Shown piece after piece: positions 39,922 through 51,526 of a stretch of DNA of 64,000 nt. The translations under genes were made by a program, and so were the position numbers. Source of the stretch: an uncultured Acidobacteriota bacterium (GTDB lineage Bacteria; Acidobacteriota; Thermoanaerobaculia; UBA5066); assembly GCA_963779415.1 (NCBI GenBank), contig CAVZYA010000003.1:224001-288000 (forward strand), written 5' to 3'. Each line of letters starts with the position of its first letter. Positions within the stretch are counted from its first letter, which is position 1. The notes below the pieces were generated by a model. That model did not search any database. It was not told where the DNA came from and saw only the letters and a list, made by a program, of their open reading frames with translations.

Positions 39922-41631
39922 GTGACCGCCGCCTTCGACGTCCAGGCTCCGCCCCGCTTTTCGCGCCTCCGGAAGGTCCGTCTCGTCGGCCGGCCCGAGC
40001 CGGTCACCTGGGTCGCGCGGATCCTCACGGCCGCGGGGCTCCTCGTCGAGCGCGTCGAGGAGAGCGCCCTCGCCGATCCCGCCGCCCTCTCGATCTGGCC
40101 GACAGTCTGGGTCGCGCGCCCCTCTGACTTTCTGGATCCACCCGAGACGGTCTGGAACTCCGGCATCCTGTCGCGCCCGGACGGGCCCCCCTGCCTCATC
40201 GTCGTCGCGCCCGGCGCCGGCGTTAACGAAGCACTTTTCCCGCGGATCCCGCTCGAGACGTTCGAGGTCGTACGGGAAGACGAGGACTCGATCCTCCTCC
40301 CGATGCGCCTCGAGCGCCTTCTCCTTCTCCACCGAAAGCGGTCGCAGGGGGAGGAGACCGCTTTCCGCGAGCGGCTGCGGGCCGAGGCGAAGCACAACGA
40401 GACGCTGGCCGCGATCGCCCTCGCCGTGCGCGACTCGCTCGATCTGGACGAAGTCCTCGGCGCGGCGGCCTCTCTCCTCGGGACGCGCCTTTCGGCCCAC
40501 TCCGTCGAGATCTGGGTCCTCGACGAGGTCGAGCCGGTCTGCCGCGTCTTTCACCACTGGAGGCCCGACCCGTCGCTCCGCACGCACGAGGTCACGGAGC
40601 GACCCCTTCCCGAGAGCGGCGCGTTTCGCCGGATCCTCGAGGACCAGGTCACCTACGTCGTCTCCGACCGCGCGGAGCTTCCGGCCGACTCGACGGAATT
40701 CGTCGGCCTCGAGCAGCTCGGCGCGCGGAGCTTCGTCGGCATCCCGATCCAACGCGAGGGACAGACGCTCGGCGTCCTCGGCCTCTCGTGGGACGAAGCG
40801 CGTCCCCTCCCTCCGGAGGAGCTTGTCTTCTTCCAGCGCGCGGCCGACCAGCTCGCCCTCGCCGTCCGCGCGGCCTACCTCTATGGCAGCCTCCAGCGCC
40901 AGGTGGAAGCGCTCGCTCTCGAGCAACGCCGGCGGGAGCTGGCCGACCGCGACCGCGAGCGGCTCACGGCGATGCTCGTCCACGACATGAAGAGCCCGCT
41001 CTCCGCCCTCTCGGCCGCGCTCGAGCTGACGCGGGACATGGAGCGCAAGCGGGGCGACGAGCGGCTCGCGAAGATGCTCGACAGCTCTCTCGCGAGCGCC
41101 CGCGGCCTCCAGGGCCTCATCGCGGACGCCCTTCTCGTCTACCGCGGCGAAGACGCCCCGGACACCGAACGCCGCCCCGTCTCGCCGGCCGAGGCGCTCG
41201 CCCTTCCGCTCGAGGAGGCCCGCTGGCTGGCGAAGGCGCGCCGCGTCGTCTTCGAGGCGGACGTCGACCCGAAGCTCCCGCCGGTCCGGATGGACGTCGG
41301 GATGCTCCGGCGCGCCGCGGCGAACCTCCTCGGAAACGCCGTGAAGTTCAGCCCGCCGGCCGGCCTCGTCACGGCGAAGGGGGAGATCGTCGCTGAGGAC
41401 GACGCGCGCTACTTCCGCTTCTCCGTCGCCGACCACGGCCCGGGCTTTCCGGCCGCCGAGCGGGCACGTCTCGCGACGCCCTACCTCCGCTTCTCCGGCT
41501 CGGAGAGCGTGCCCGGCACCGGTCTCGGCCTCACGGTCGTCCAGAAGGTGGTCCGCGCCCACCGCGGCCGCCTCGACGTCGCGCCGAACACGCCGACCGG
41601 CTCCGTCTTCAGCCTCTGGATCCCGGCGTAG
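39922..41631 (+). CDS. GAF-domain sensor histidine kinase
   Basis: GAF (DSLDLDEVL...GVLGL), H-box VHDMKSPL, NLLGNAVKFS, DHGPG and GTGLGL. Confidence 0.93.
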   Translation: MTAAFDVQAPPRFSRLRKVRLVGRPEPVTWVARILTAAGLLVERVEESALADPAALSIWPTVWVARPSDFLDPPETVWNSGILSRPDGPPCLIVVAPGAGVNEALFPRIPLETFEVVREDEDSILLPMRLERLLLLHRKRSQGEETAFRERLRAEAKHNETLAAIALAVRDSLDLDEVLGAAASLLGTRLSAHSVEIWVLDEVEPVCRVFHHWRPDPSLRTHEVTERPLPESGAFRRILEDQVTYVVSDRAELPADSTEFVGLEQLGARSFVGIPIQREGQTLGVLGLSWDEARPLPPEELVFFQRAADQLALAVRAAYLYGSLQRQVEALALEQRRRELADRDRERLTAMLVHDMKSPLSALSAALELTRDMERKRGDERLAKMLDSSLASARGLQGLIADALLVYRGEDAPDTERRPVSPAEALALPLEEARWLAKARRVVFEADVDPKLPPVRMDVGMLRRAAANLLGNAVKFSPPAGLVTAKGEIVAEDDARYFRFSVADHGPGFPAAERARLATPYLRFSGSESVPGTGLGLTVVQKVVRAHRGRLDVAPNTPTGSVFSLWIPA

Positions 41632-41672
41632 GGACTCGTCATCCCTTCGACGTGATCCTCGTCGCGTCGGTC

Positions 41673-42707
41673 TCAGCCGACGGAGAAGACGATCTTCCCG
41701 AACCCCTCCCCGCTCTGAAGGCGTTCGTACCCCTTCTTCGCGTCGGCGAGGGGGAAGACTTCGTCCACGACCGGGTCGAGGCGCCCGGCCGCAACGTCGC
41801 GGAGCATGGCGCCGAACTCGTGGTCGGTTCCCATCGTCGAGCCGAGGATGGCGAGCTGCTTCCAGAAGATGAGGCGGATCTCCTCCTCGGGGTTCGGGCC
41901 GCTCGTCGCGCCGCAGGTGACGATCCGCCCCCGCTTCGCCGCGGCCGTGAGCGAATGGCGCCACGTCGCCGCGCCGACGGAGTCGACGACGACGTCGACG
42001 CCCCGCTTCTTCGTGATCTCGCGGACCTTCTTCCCTACGTCCACCTGCGTGTAATCGAGGACGACGTCGGCGCCGAGCGCCTCGGCCTTCCTCCGTTTTT
42101 CCTCCGACGAGGAGGTGACGATGACGAGCGAGGCCCCCGCGAGGCGGGCGATCTGAAGGGCGAACGTGGAGACGCCGCCGCCCACGCCGTGGATCAGGAC
42201 CGTCTCCCCGGGACGGAGCGTCGCGCGCGTGACGAGCATCCGCCACGCCGTGAGCGCCGCGAGAGGAAAGGCCGCCGCCTTCTCGGGCGAGAGGCTCGGC
42301 GGCGCCGGGAAGACGTTCCGGCGCGGGACGGCGATCCGCTCGGCGAACGTGCCGAGGAGATGCTCCCCGAGGATCCTGAAATCGACGCAGAGCGGCAGGT
42401 CCCCCGAGAGGCAGAACTCGCAGCGGCCGCACCCGAGGCCCGGCTGAAGGACGACGCGGTCGCCCGGCGCGAGGTCCGAGACGCCGGAGCCGACCGACTC
42501 GACGCGCCCGTAGCCGTCGGCGCCCGGAATGTGGGGAAGGGACGGCGGCAGTCCCGGAATCCCGTGGAGGACGAAGAGGTCGAGTCGGTTCATCGCGGCC
42601 GCCTCGATCCGGACGACGACTTCCCCCGGCCCCGCCGTCGGGTCCGGACGGTCACCGTAGAGCAGGACGTCTGGCTTGCCGTGGCGGTCGAAGAAGACGG
42701 CTTTCAT
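41673..42707 (-). CDS. Zinc-binding alcohol dehydrogenase / MDR family oxidoreductase
   Basis: HIPGADGYG, CGRCEFC...C structural Zn site, HGVGGGVS and GFGKIV. Confidence 0.92.
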   Translation of the reverse strand: MKAVFFDRHGKPDVLLYGDRPDPTAGPGEVVVRIEAAAMNRLDLFVLHGIPGLPPSLPHIPGADGYGRVESVGSGVSDLAPGDRVVLQPGLGCGRCEFCLSGDLPLCVDFRILGEHLLGTFAERIAVPRRNVFPAPPSLSPEKAAAFPLAALTAWRMLVTRATLRPGETVLIHGVGGGVSTFALQIARLAGASLVIVTSSSEEKRRKAEALGADVVLDYTQVDVGKKVREITKKRGVDVVVDSVGAATWRHSLTAAAKRGRIVTCGATSGPNPEEEIRLIFWKQLAILGSTMGTDHEFGAMLRDVAAGRLDPVVDEVFPLADAKKGYERLQSGEGFGKIVFSVG

Positions 42708-42785
42708 GGCGGCCTCCCGATGAAGAGCGTAGCGCAGCCCGGGGCGGCCGGCGCGCCGTACACTCGGACGAAACGGAGGTCCTCG

Positions 42786-45370
42786 ATGCCGCGTGCCGCC
42801 CGGATCGCGTTCGTCCTCGTCCTCGCGACGGCTCTTTCCCTTCCGGCGCTCGCCTCCGGCCTCCCCTCGCCTTCCGATTTCCTCGGGATGAAGGTCGGCG
42901 CGGACCGGACGCTCGCCGACTACCGGCAGATCGTGTCGTACCTGAGAGCCGTCGCCGCGGCCTCGCCGCGCGTGCAGCTGGAGCTGCTCGGGAAGACGAC
43001 GCTCGGAGAGGAGTTCGTCCTCGCCGTCGTCACCTCCGAGGAGAACATGAAGAACCTCCCCCGGATCCGCGAGATCGCGAGAAAGCTCGCGGACCCGCGG
43101 GGCCTCTCGGACGCCGAGGTCTCGGCTCTCGCCCGCGAGGGGAAGGCGGTCGTCCTCGTCAGCTGCAACATCCATTCGACCGAGATCGGCTCGACGCAGA
43201 TGGCGATGGAGTGGGTCCACGACCTCGCGACCGCGACGGACCCCGTGACGCTCGCGCGCCTCTCCAGCGTCGTCCTCCTCCTCGTCCCGTCCGTCAACCC
43301 GGACGGCCAGATCATGGAGACCGAGTGGTACCGGAAGTGGCTCGGAACGAAGTACGAGGGGGGCCGGATGCCGTGGCTCTACCACCCGTACGTCGGCCAC
43401 GACGACAACCGCGACTGGTGCATGCTGACCCAGAGGGAGTCGAAGGAGCTGACCCGCGCCGTCTACCACGAGTGGCTCCCCCAGGTCTGGCTCGACGAGC
43501 ACCAGATGGGAGGGACGGGGCCGCGGATCTTCATGCCCCCCTACTCCGAGCCGGTCGACCCGAGCATCCACCCGCTCGTCTGGCGCGAGGTGAACGTCAT
43601 CGGCGCGAACATGGCGCTCCGGCTCGAGCAGGCCGCAAAGTCGGGCGTCATCTACGGCTACTCCTTCGACGCGTACTGGCCCGGCGGGACGAAGAACACG
43701 GCGTGGTGGAAGAACGTCTCCGGCCTCCTGACGGAGGTCGCCTCGGCCCGGATGGCGACGCCGGTCTTCATCGAGCCGGGCGAGCTTTCCGGAGGCGGGC
43801 GCAAGGGGCTGATCGACTACAGGCCGCAGGTGAACTTCCCGAACCCGTGGCCGGGCGGCTGGTGGCGACTCCGGGACATCATGGATTACGAGCGGATCGT
43901 CTCGGACGCGCTCCTCGAGACCTGCGCGAGCCGGCGCGAGGACCTCCTCCTCGACATGGCGACGCGGGCGCGCTCCGCGATCGCCTCCTTCCCGCCGGAC
44001 GCGGCGTACGTGATTCCCGCCGCACAGCGCGACCCCGCCTCCGCCCGCCGTCTCGCGGCCCTCATGGCCGAGCATGCCGTGGAGGTGCGAAGCGCACCGA
44101 ACGGAGACGTCTGGATCCCGCTCGCGCAGCCCTACGGCCGCTTCGTAAAGGAGATGTTCGAGCCCCAGCGCTACCCCGAGGTGAAGCTCGTCCCCGGAAA
44201 GGAGATCGTCCGGCCGTACGACGTCGCGGCCTGGACGATGCCGATGATGATGGGGGTGGAGGTGCGACGGGCGCCCCTTCCAAAGGACCTTCCGCTCCTC
44301 TCGGCGGAGGCGAAGGCGAGCCTCCCCCTGCCGGTCCCATCGCGATCCTCCCCGGCCGCCCCGAGAGCGCGAAGGCCGTCAACGCGGCGCTTCGGTCGAA
44401 GGGCGGGGTGGCCATCGCGAGAACGTCGATGACCTTCGAAGGAAAGACCTGGCCGGCCGGGACCGTCTTCCTCGACGAGACGGCGGCGAAAGCCGCCGCA
44501 CCGGCGGCGGTGGAGGCAGGCGTCCCCTTCTCCTCCCTTTCAAAGACCCCTCTCGGAATCTCTTCCGAGGTGGTCCCTCTGCACGCGCCCCGTGTCGGCC
44601 TCTACAAGGGATGGAACGCCTCCATGGACGAGGGGTGGACACGGTGGATCCTCGAGCAGTACGGCTTCGCGCCGAAGAGCCTCGACCCGAAGGCCGTCCG
44701 CGCCGGGAGGCTGCGCGAATCCCTCGACGTCATCGTCCTTCCGGACACGGGGACGGAGACGATCCTGACCGGAAAGCCGAAGCGCGACGAAGGAGAGATG
44801 CGTTACTCGGTCGATCTCCCGCCCGAGTACCAGGGGGGGATCGAAAAGGAAGGGGCGAAGGCTCTCAAGGAGTTCGTCGAGGCCGGCGGGACGATCGTCG
44901 CCCTGTCGCAGGCCTCGGAGTTCCTGATCTCGGAGTTCAACATCCCCGTCCGGAACGTCCTCGGACGAACAAAGCGCGAGGAGTTCCAGTGCCCGGGCTC
45001 GCTCCTCAGGGTCAGTGTGAGCGGCGATCACCCGGTCACGTGGGGGCTGCCGCGTGAGGCCGCGATCTTCGTGGACGAGGCCGTCGCCTTCCAGACGGTA
45101 CCGCCGGGGCCGGAGCTCTCGCGATGGGACCTCGCCTCCTATCCCGACGACGAGCGCGACGTTCTCCTCTCCGGATGGATCAGCGGCGCGGAGAAGCTCC
45201 TCCGGCGCTCGGCCGCGGTCGCGACGACGTTCGGGAAGGGGAAGCTCGTCCTCCTCGGCTTCCGCGCGCAGTTCCGGGCGCAGACTCCCGCCACCTTCCC
45301 GTTCCTCTTCAACGCGCTCTGGTGGTCGACGGAAGACGGACCTCACCCGGGTCGCGCCGGAGCGCCGTAA
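42786..45370 (+). CDS. Secreted M14 zinc carboxypeptidase family protein (frameshift near 44330)
   Basis: Signal peptide; IHSTE, NPDG, DDNRD, DEHQMG; C-terminal SMDEGWTRW glutamine-amidotransferase-like domain. Confidence 0.9.
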
Positions 45371-45386
45371 GGTTCGGCGGCGAGCC

Positions 45387-48300
45387 TCACTTCTCCGAGA
45401 TCGAGAGGACCGCTCCCGAAGAGAAGGCGTTGAACTCGGGGGCGTACATCGACTGCACCGTGGCGGGACCGACTCGGAAGGCGCCGCCCATGGCGGCCCG
45501 GATCCGGTACCTGAAGGTGTACTCCCCGACCGGGAGGCGCTCGAAGAAGAAGTTCGCGGCGCTGTCGCGGATCTCCTCGTAGTACGGAAGGCCGAGGTCC
45601 CACATCCAGCGCGAGGCCGTGGAGACCGGTTCGAAGCCGGCGCCCCGCGGGTCGCGAAGCTGGACGTACTCCGCCTCGTGTTTCGTCCGGAGAGAGAGCT
45701 GCACCTCCACCTCGTCTCCCGGGTGAAGGGCCGCTCCGTCGGAAAGAGGCTTCAGGACCCATTCGCGCCCCGTGTTCTCCCGGAGGAAGTAGTGCCGGGA
45801 GACACTGAAGAAGTCGCCGCGCCCCTCCGCGGGGAGCTTCTCCGTCGAGTAGTGCCACGCCGCCGAGGCGAAGAGGAACCCCTTCCCTTCCTTCTCGACG
45901 ACGACCGTCGAGGTGGTCTTCGGGTCGACCTGCGACTCCGGGAATCACGATCCGGTTCTTCTCGCCGGTGTAGCGGTCCGGCTCGAAGGTGAACGTCACC
46001 TTCCGGTTCCCCACGGTGACCGTCGCGTCCTCGGGGATTCCGAGGGCCCCCGTCCTCTTCAGGTAGTGGACGAGCGAATAGATCACCTCGGCCGTGGCGC
46101 GCGTCGACTTCCACTGGTTCAGCTTCTTGTTCAGGAGGAGCCACTGGACGAGGCCTTCGGCGCGCGGGTCGGAGGGGGAAAGCTCCATCAGCGTCCGGAG
46201 CGCGAAGGCCTGCGTCTCAACCGTGTCGTTGTACCAGAGCCACGACCGCTCCTCGGGGGCGAAGAAGGTCCCCTGCTCGTCGTTCGTCTTCGCCGAGTCC
46301 ATGACGGAGCGCCAGACGAGCGCCGCATCGGCGGGGCGCCCCATCCGCGAGAGGGTCAGCGCGAGATACCCCTTCAGCATCGGCGAGTGCTTCTTCCAGT
46401 GCCGGAAGCTGAAGTCGAGCATCTTCGTCCGCTCCTCCGGCGTGAAGGCCCCCTCCGACCAGGTCGGGTCGGGGAAAGCGGTCGCGACGTAGTTGAGGAA
46501 GGTGATCGACTCCCAGCAGCCGTCCTTCGCCATGCACGACGTCCAGTCGGAACGGTAGTGGGAGGCGACGTACCCCCACGCCCGCTGGACCATCTCCTTC
46601 GGCACCTCGATGCCGAATTCGGTCGCTCTCGCGAAGCCGTGGAGGAGGTAGAGCGTCATGTAAGGCGAAGGGGGACCGCCCGGCCACCAAGGGAATCCGC
46701 CGACCGAGGTCTGGGCCTTCTTCAGCTTCGCGAGCGCCGCCTCGCGGTCGGCCTTCGCGATCCGGGGGTCGAGAACGTTCGTCAGGCCGTGCCCGGCGTC
46801 GCGCCCTCCGGTCGCCTCGGCGAGCCACGGCATCTCCTCGAGGGCCATCTTCCGGTTCGGGTCGGCCGCGTCCCAGCTCTCGAGACGGGTCGTCCGTTTC
46901 GAGAACTCCGCCGCCATCTTCGCGACGGCCGGATAGTCGCGGTAGAGCGACGAGACGATTCCGGTCGAGAGGAACCGGTTCAGCGTCTGCTCCGTGCACT
47001 CGTACGGGAAGTTGACGAGGTACGGCAGCGCCTTCAGGACCGAGAAGAAGAGCTGCGCGTCGACCGTCACGACCATCTTTTCGTTCACGAGCGTCGGGTC
47101 TGGATTCGTCGCGAGGGCGGCAAGGTCCTCGAACCGGAGCGTCCTTGAGTCCCGGTTCTTCAGCGTGACGAAGCGCGACTGGACGAGATGCATCCGCCCC
47201 GGGAGGATCGGCAGCGGACGAAGCTCGCCGTCGGAAAAGTCGCCGGCCGTCGCGACGACCTTGAAGGCGACCGTCTTCACGCCGGAAGGAGCCTTGAGTC
47301 GGAACGAAAGGCTCGTCCCGCCGCCGGCCTTCGCGGAGAAGGGCTGAGCCGCGCTTCCAGCCGAGAACGCCGAATTCGGAGAGGAGACTCGCGTTCGTCT
47401 CCGGATCGATCACGTCGAGAACGACTCGTCCCGCGAGGTCTCTCTCGGAGGCGTTGTTGACGACGACCTTCAGCTCGGCCTCGTCCCCTTCGCGCAGGAA
47501 GCGCGGGACGTAGGGGCGGACCATCAGCTCCTTGACGGTGCGCGTCTCGCGGTGGAGCGAGCCGCTCCGGAGATCGCGCGTCAAGGCGTGGACCCAGACG
47601 TTCCACGACGTGACGGAGTCGGGAACGGTGAACTCGATCGTCGCCGAGCCGTCGGGCCCCGTCAGGAGCTGCGGCATGAAGAACGCCGTCTCGGAGAAGT
47701 CGCTCCGGAGGGTGACCGGTGAAGGCGGTTCCGCCGCAGTGACCGCCTTTCCCCCTCGCTCGTCTTTCTCTTTCTTCCTAAGAGAATCTTCCGGTCTCCC
47801 CTCTTCGGCCAGCAGGCTGGACGGCGCGTTCACTCCCTGATCGCCGCGGGCGGCCTTCATCGCCATCGCCGGCGCCGGGACACCGCCGGCCACGCCCCCC
47901 ACGACGCGACCGCGCAGCCCCGGCCCGCCGATCCCGTACCCCTCCTCGAACTTCAGCCGGTCGGGGCGGGGGACCGGCCACCCCGGGACGCCGCCGAAAC
48001 CGGTGCTTTCGAGGAAGAGCGTCTGTCCCTGCCCGAGCGTGACGCGGCTCGTGACGGGGCGCGTCCTCGTCGGATAAAGGGAGAGGGGCGAAGGGGGCTG
48101 GTGCGGCGCGAAGAGGTCGAGGCTCCGGTCGTACATGTAGGCGAGGAGCTCGGCCGATCCCGTGAGCGGGTGGTCCGGCGTCGCGCCGGTCACCGTCACG
48201 CGCCACGTCTCCTTCACGCCCGGGCGAAGCCGGTCGCGGAACGTCGCGAAGGAGACCTTCAGCTCGCGGTCGTCCCACGGGACGAAGACGGTCGCCGTCT

Positions 48301-51300
48301 GCTGGAGAAGCTGATGGTCGCGAACGGCGGTGAGCGTCGCGGCGAGGCCGCCCCGGTCGCTCTCGGTCACCGGGATCTCGATGAGCGCGGCGTCCTTTCC
48401 CGCCGTCAGGATCCGCCGCTCGGCGAGATGCCCCGCGCGGACGACGTCGAAAAAGAGCGTCTCCCCGGGGATCCCCGACGTCGCGACGAGCCGCACCGTT
48501 CCCCCCACCGTCACCGACGGCGACTCGGCGAGGAGAAGCGCCGGCATCGGGAGCGTGGCCGAAGGCGAGGCGACGAGGAAGTCGTGCGGAAGGGTGAACC
48601 GGCCACCGAAACCGTCCTCCGTCTCGTAGAGAAGCCGGTACGCGCCGGCGCGGAGCTTTCCGAATTCGATCCGTGCCTCTCCCTTCGCATCGTGCTCCGT
48701 GGCGCCGGACGCCACTTCGGCCCCCTCGGGCCAGTCGCGCATCCACTCCTCTGCCGAGAAGCGGGTGTCCCATCGCGGCCGCAGCCGGTCGCCAGGAGTC
48801 CGAACACCCTGCTGTTGGCGTCCCGGTTCGTCCGCGTCGTTCTCGCCCCGGGAAGCGCCGTATTCGGGATTCTTAGAAGGAAGATCGGCCGGAAGAAGCG
48901 TCTTCTCCGGAGGTACGAGCCTGATCAGGCGCCAGACGCCCTTCCCAGCCCTGAGCCCGCCATCAAGATCGGTTCTCGCGATCGAGACGGAGGCTGTCTT
49001 TCCCTCCAAGAAGAAATTGGTGCTCCTCTCGATTCGCGCCTCGACCGCCACGAACCCGAGGCGGAAGCGGCGGTCGGCCGAGCGGGTCTCGCCCCCCTCG
49101 TCGGTGACGTCGGCGCGGACCGCGTACCGCCACGTCACATCCCTGTTCGCACCCGGTCCTTCCGCGCTCTTCTCGTCGGCTTTCGGCGTGAACGTCATCT
49201 CGAACGACCCGTCCTCGCGGAGTGTTGCGGTCCCCGTCGCCACCGTCTGGACTTGGACGCTCGGCGCGCTCCACCGCCACCACCCCCACGAAGGCCAGAC
49301 CGGCTCGCGCGTCACGCGCCAGCGGACGAGGCCGCTCGCGACGGGGAGGCCGAAGTAGTACCGCGCCTCGCCTCGCAACGTCGCCGGGCGGTTCAGCCGG
49401 AGCGCTTCGGCCGGCTCCTTGAGCGTCACCTCGAAGGTGGGCCTCTTGTATTCCTCGACCTGGACTCCAGCCGAGCCCCCGAGGGAGGTCCGAATCGACC
49501 ATCCGCCCAGGAGCCGTCCCGCCGGGATCGCGAACTCTCCCGCCGCCGTTCCGAAGCCGTTCGTCTTCACGCTCTTCGTCTCGACGGCCTGGCCGTTCGC
49601 GTCGTGGAGAGAGACCGTGAGAAGCGTTTCGGGGAGCGTCGAGAAGCGTGCCTCGTGCCCGCGATACGCGACGACCTTCCAGAGAATCTCCTGGAGCGGC
49701 CGATAGACGCTCCGGTCCGTGTAGACGAGGGCCGCGGAGCGTTCGGGCGGCGGCGTCGATCTCCAGAAGCCCGAGGCGCTCGGATCGAGGGCGGCGTCCG
49801 CTCCCTTCTTCGCGACGAGGAAATAGCTCCCGCCCCGGTCGGAAGGCGGCTCGAACGTCACGAGGCCGTCCGTCCCCGAGATCGCCGAGTCAAGCCGGTG
49901 GTGGCCGCTCTGCCAGTCGAGCTTCCAGAGAGCGACGGAAGCCCCGGCGACGGGCGTTCCGCGCGAGCCCGAGACGACGCGCGCCTCGATCCCGCCCCGA
50001 TCGGTCTGGCGTACGGCCATCACGAGGTCGCTCACGATGAGGTGAACGCCGAAGAGACGGTTCCCGTCCTTCGCGAAGTCCTGACGGGCCGAGGCGACGA
50101 TCGCGTACGCGCCCGGCGACGGAAGCGGCGGCGTCACGAAGGTCCGGTGGGTCCGGAGATCGGGCGTCGGCGGAAGCTCGACGCTCCACGCCTCGACGGG
50201 CTTTTCGCTACGGACGATCTGTTCGAGCTCGCGCCACGCGGGGAGGAGGTTGTAGTCCTTCGCGGCAGCGAGCCGCGTCTCGAGATCGAACCGGTAGGCG
50301 CGGAAGAAGAGCGCCGGGAGGTTCCGGTGCTTCACCTCGATCGAGCGCTTTTCGGGGCCGTCGCTCGACATCGAGGCGATCTGGTAGTCCGGCGCGTCGA
50401 GGCCGGCGACGATCGACTCGCACCGGCGGCCGCCGACGGAGTGGGGAAATGCTCTTGCCCCCTCCCGCGCGATCGCCCGGGCCCGGACGAGCGCGTCCGG
50501 CCGGTCCTCGGCGCGGACCATCTCCGAAAGCTCCGCCTCCCCCATCGCCCACCAGGCGACGCCGCGAAAAGCGGGGAGCCTTCGCTCCAGATCCGCCCGG
50601 ATCGCGTCCCGGTCCGAGGCGTCCGTGAAGGAACCGCCGAGGCGCCGGAGGCGCTCGAGCCGCGCCTCCAGCTCGGCCTCCCGCTCTCCGCGCGAGCGGT
50701 GCCACTCCTCGAGGTCGTCGAGGATCGCCCCGATCCGAAGGAGCGGGTGAACCGCGGGGTCGTCCAGCTTCACGGCGGCCGACCCGGCCGGATTCCCGGC
50801 GATCAGGGCCTTCCGGTCGAGGGCGAAGAGCTCGTTTGAATCCTCGGGGCGCCATCCGGCGGTGTCGGCGAGAAAGGCGACGAAGAGGTACGAGACCGCG
50901 TCGCGCACCGTGCCGCGGACCGTGCGCGGATAGTCGTTCACCTCGACGAATTCCGAGAGGGTGGAGACGTCTTCCTTCCCGAGCGATTCGCGCTCGTTCC
51001 AGACGGCGGCGAATGCCCGGGCCGCTTCCGCCATGATCTGGTCGCGCGTCCACGCCCTCAGGTCGACGACCCCTCTCGTCTCCACCTTCTCCCGCCGGCC
51101 GATCTCCCACGAATAGTCGCGGGCGTACGTGACGAGGGCGTCCGCGTAGAAGAGGTTCAGGATCGCCTGCGACCGCACCCCCTTCGGCCACGGCTCTTCG
51201 CGAAGAAAGCGGACGGCCGTCTCGTAGCCGTGCAGGGCCTCCCGGAGCTGGACCTCGCGGACGAGGGCCTTCGTCTCCTCTCCGGCGTCCCCGCGCCCGC

Positions 51301-51439
51301 GCGCCTCGGCCCGGATGGCGGCCACGGCTTTCGAGGCTTCTTCCAGCTTCTGCTCGGAGACGAGACGGTCGATTTCCTTCCAGTTCGGGGCCGCGAAGCC
51401 GAGAATGACCAGAAGAAGAGGGATGGCGGCTCTTTTCAT
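45387..51439 (-). CDS. Bacterial alpha-2-macroglobulin family protein (frameshifts near 47350 and 45935)
   Basis: Signal peptide; YTDRSVYRP, VEEYKRPTFEV, RSDFSETAFFMP, PRFLREGD, thioester motif YECTEQ, GGFPWW and QSMYAPEF. Confidence 0.93.
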
Positions 51440-51526
51440 TTTCTCTCCCGCAAGTCTAGGACTCCGAAGGCCTGACGAAGGTTCCCGGGAGGGCCTCGGG
51501 GGCCGGACGCGGGATACTTCCGCCCG

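Noticed and set aside
38290-42432. 1380-aa sirtuin fusion and similar long N-terminal extensions (9352..14928, 41673..44075, 19786..22449, 53538..56696)
   Set aside because: The extensions overlap other real genes in different frames; true starts lie downstream at the recognisable domain boundary.
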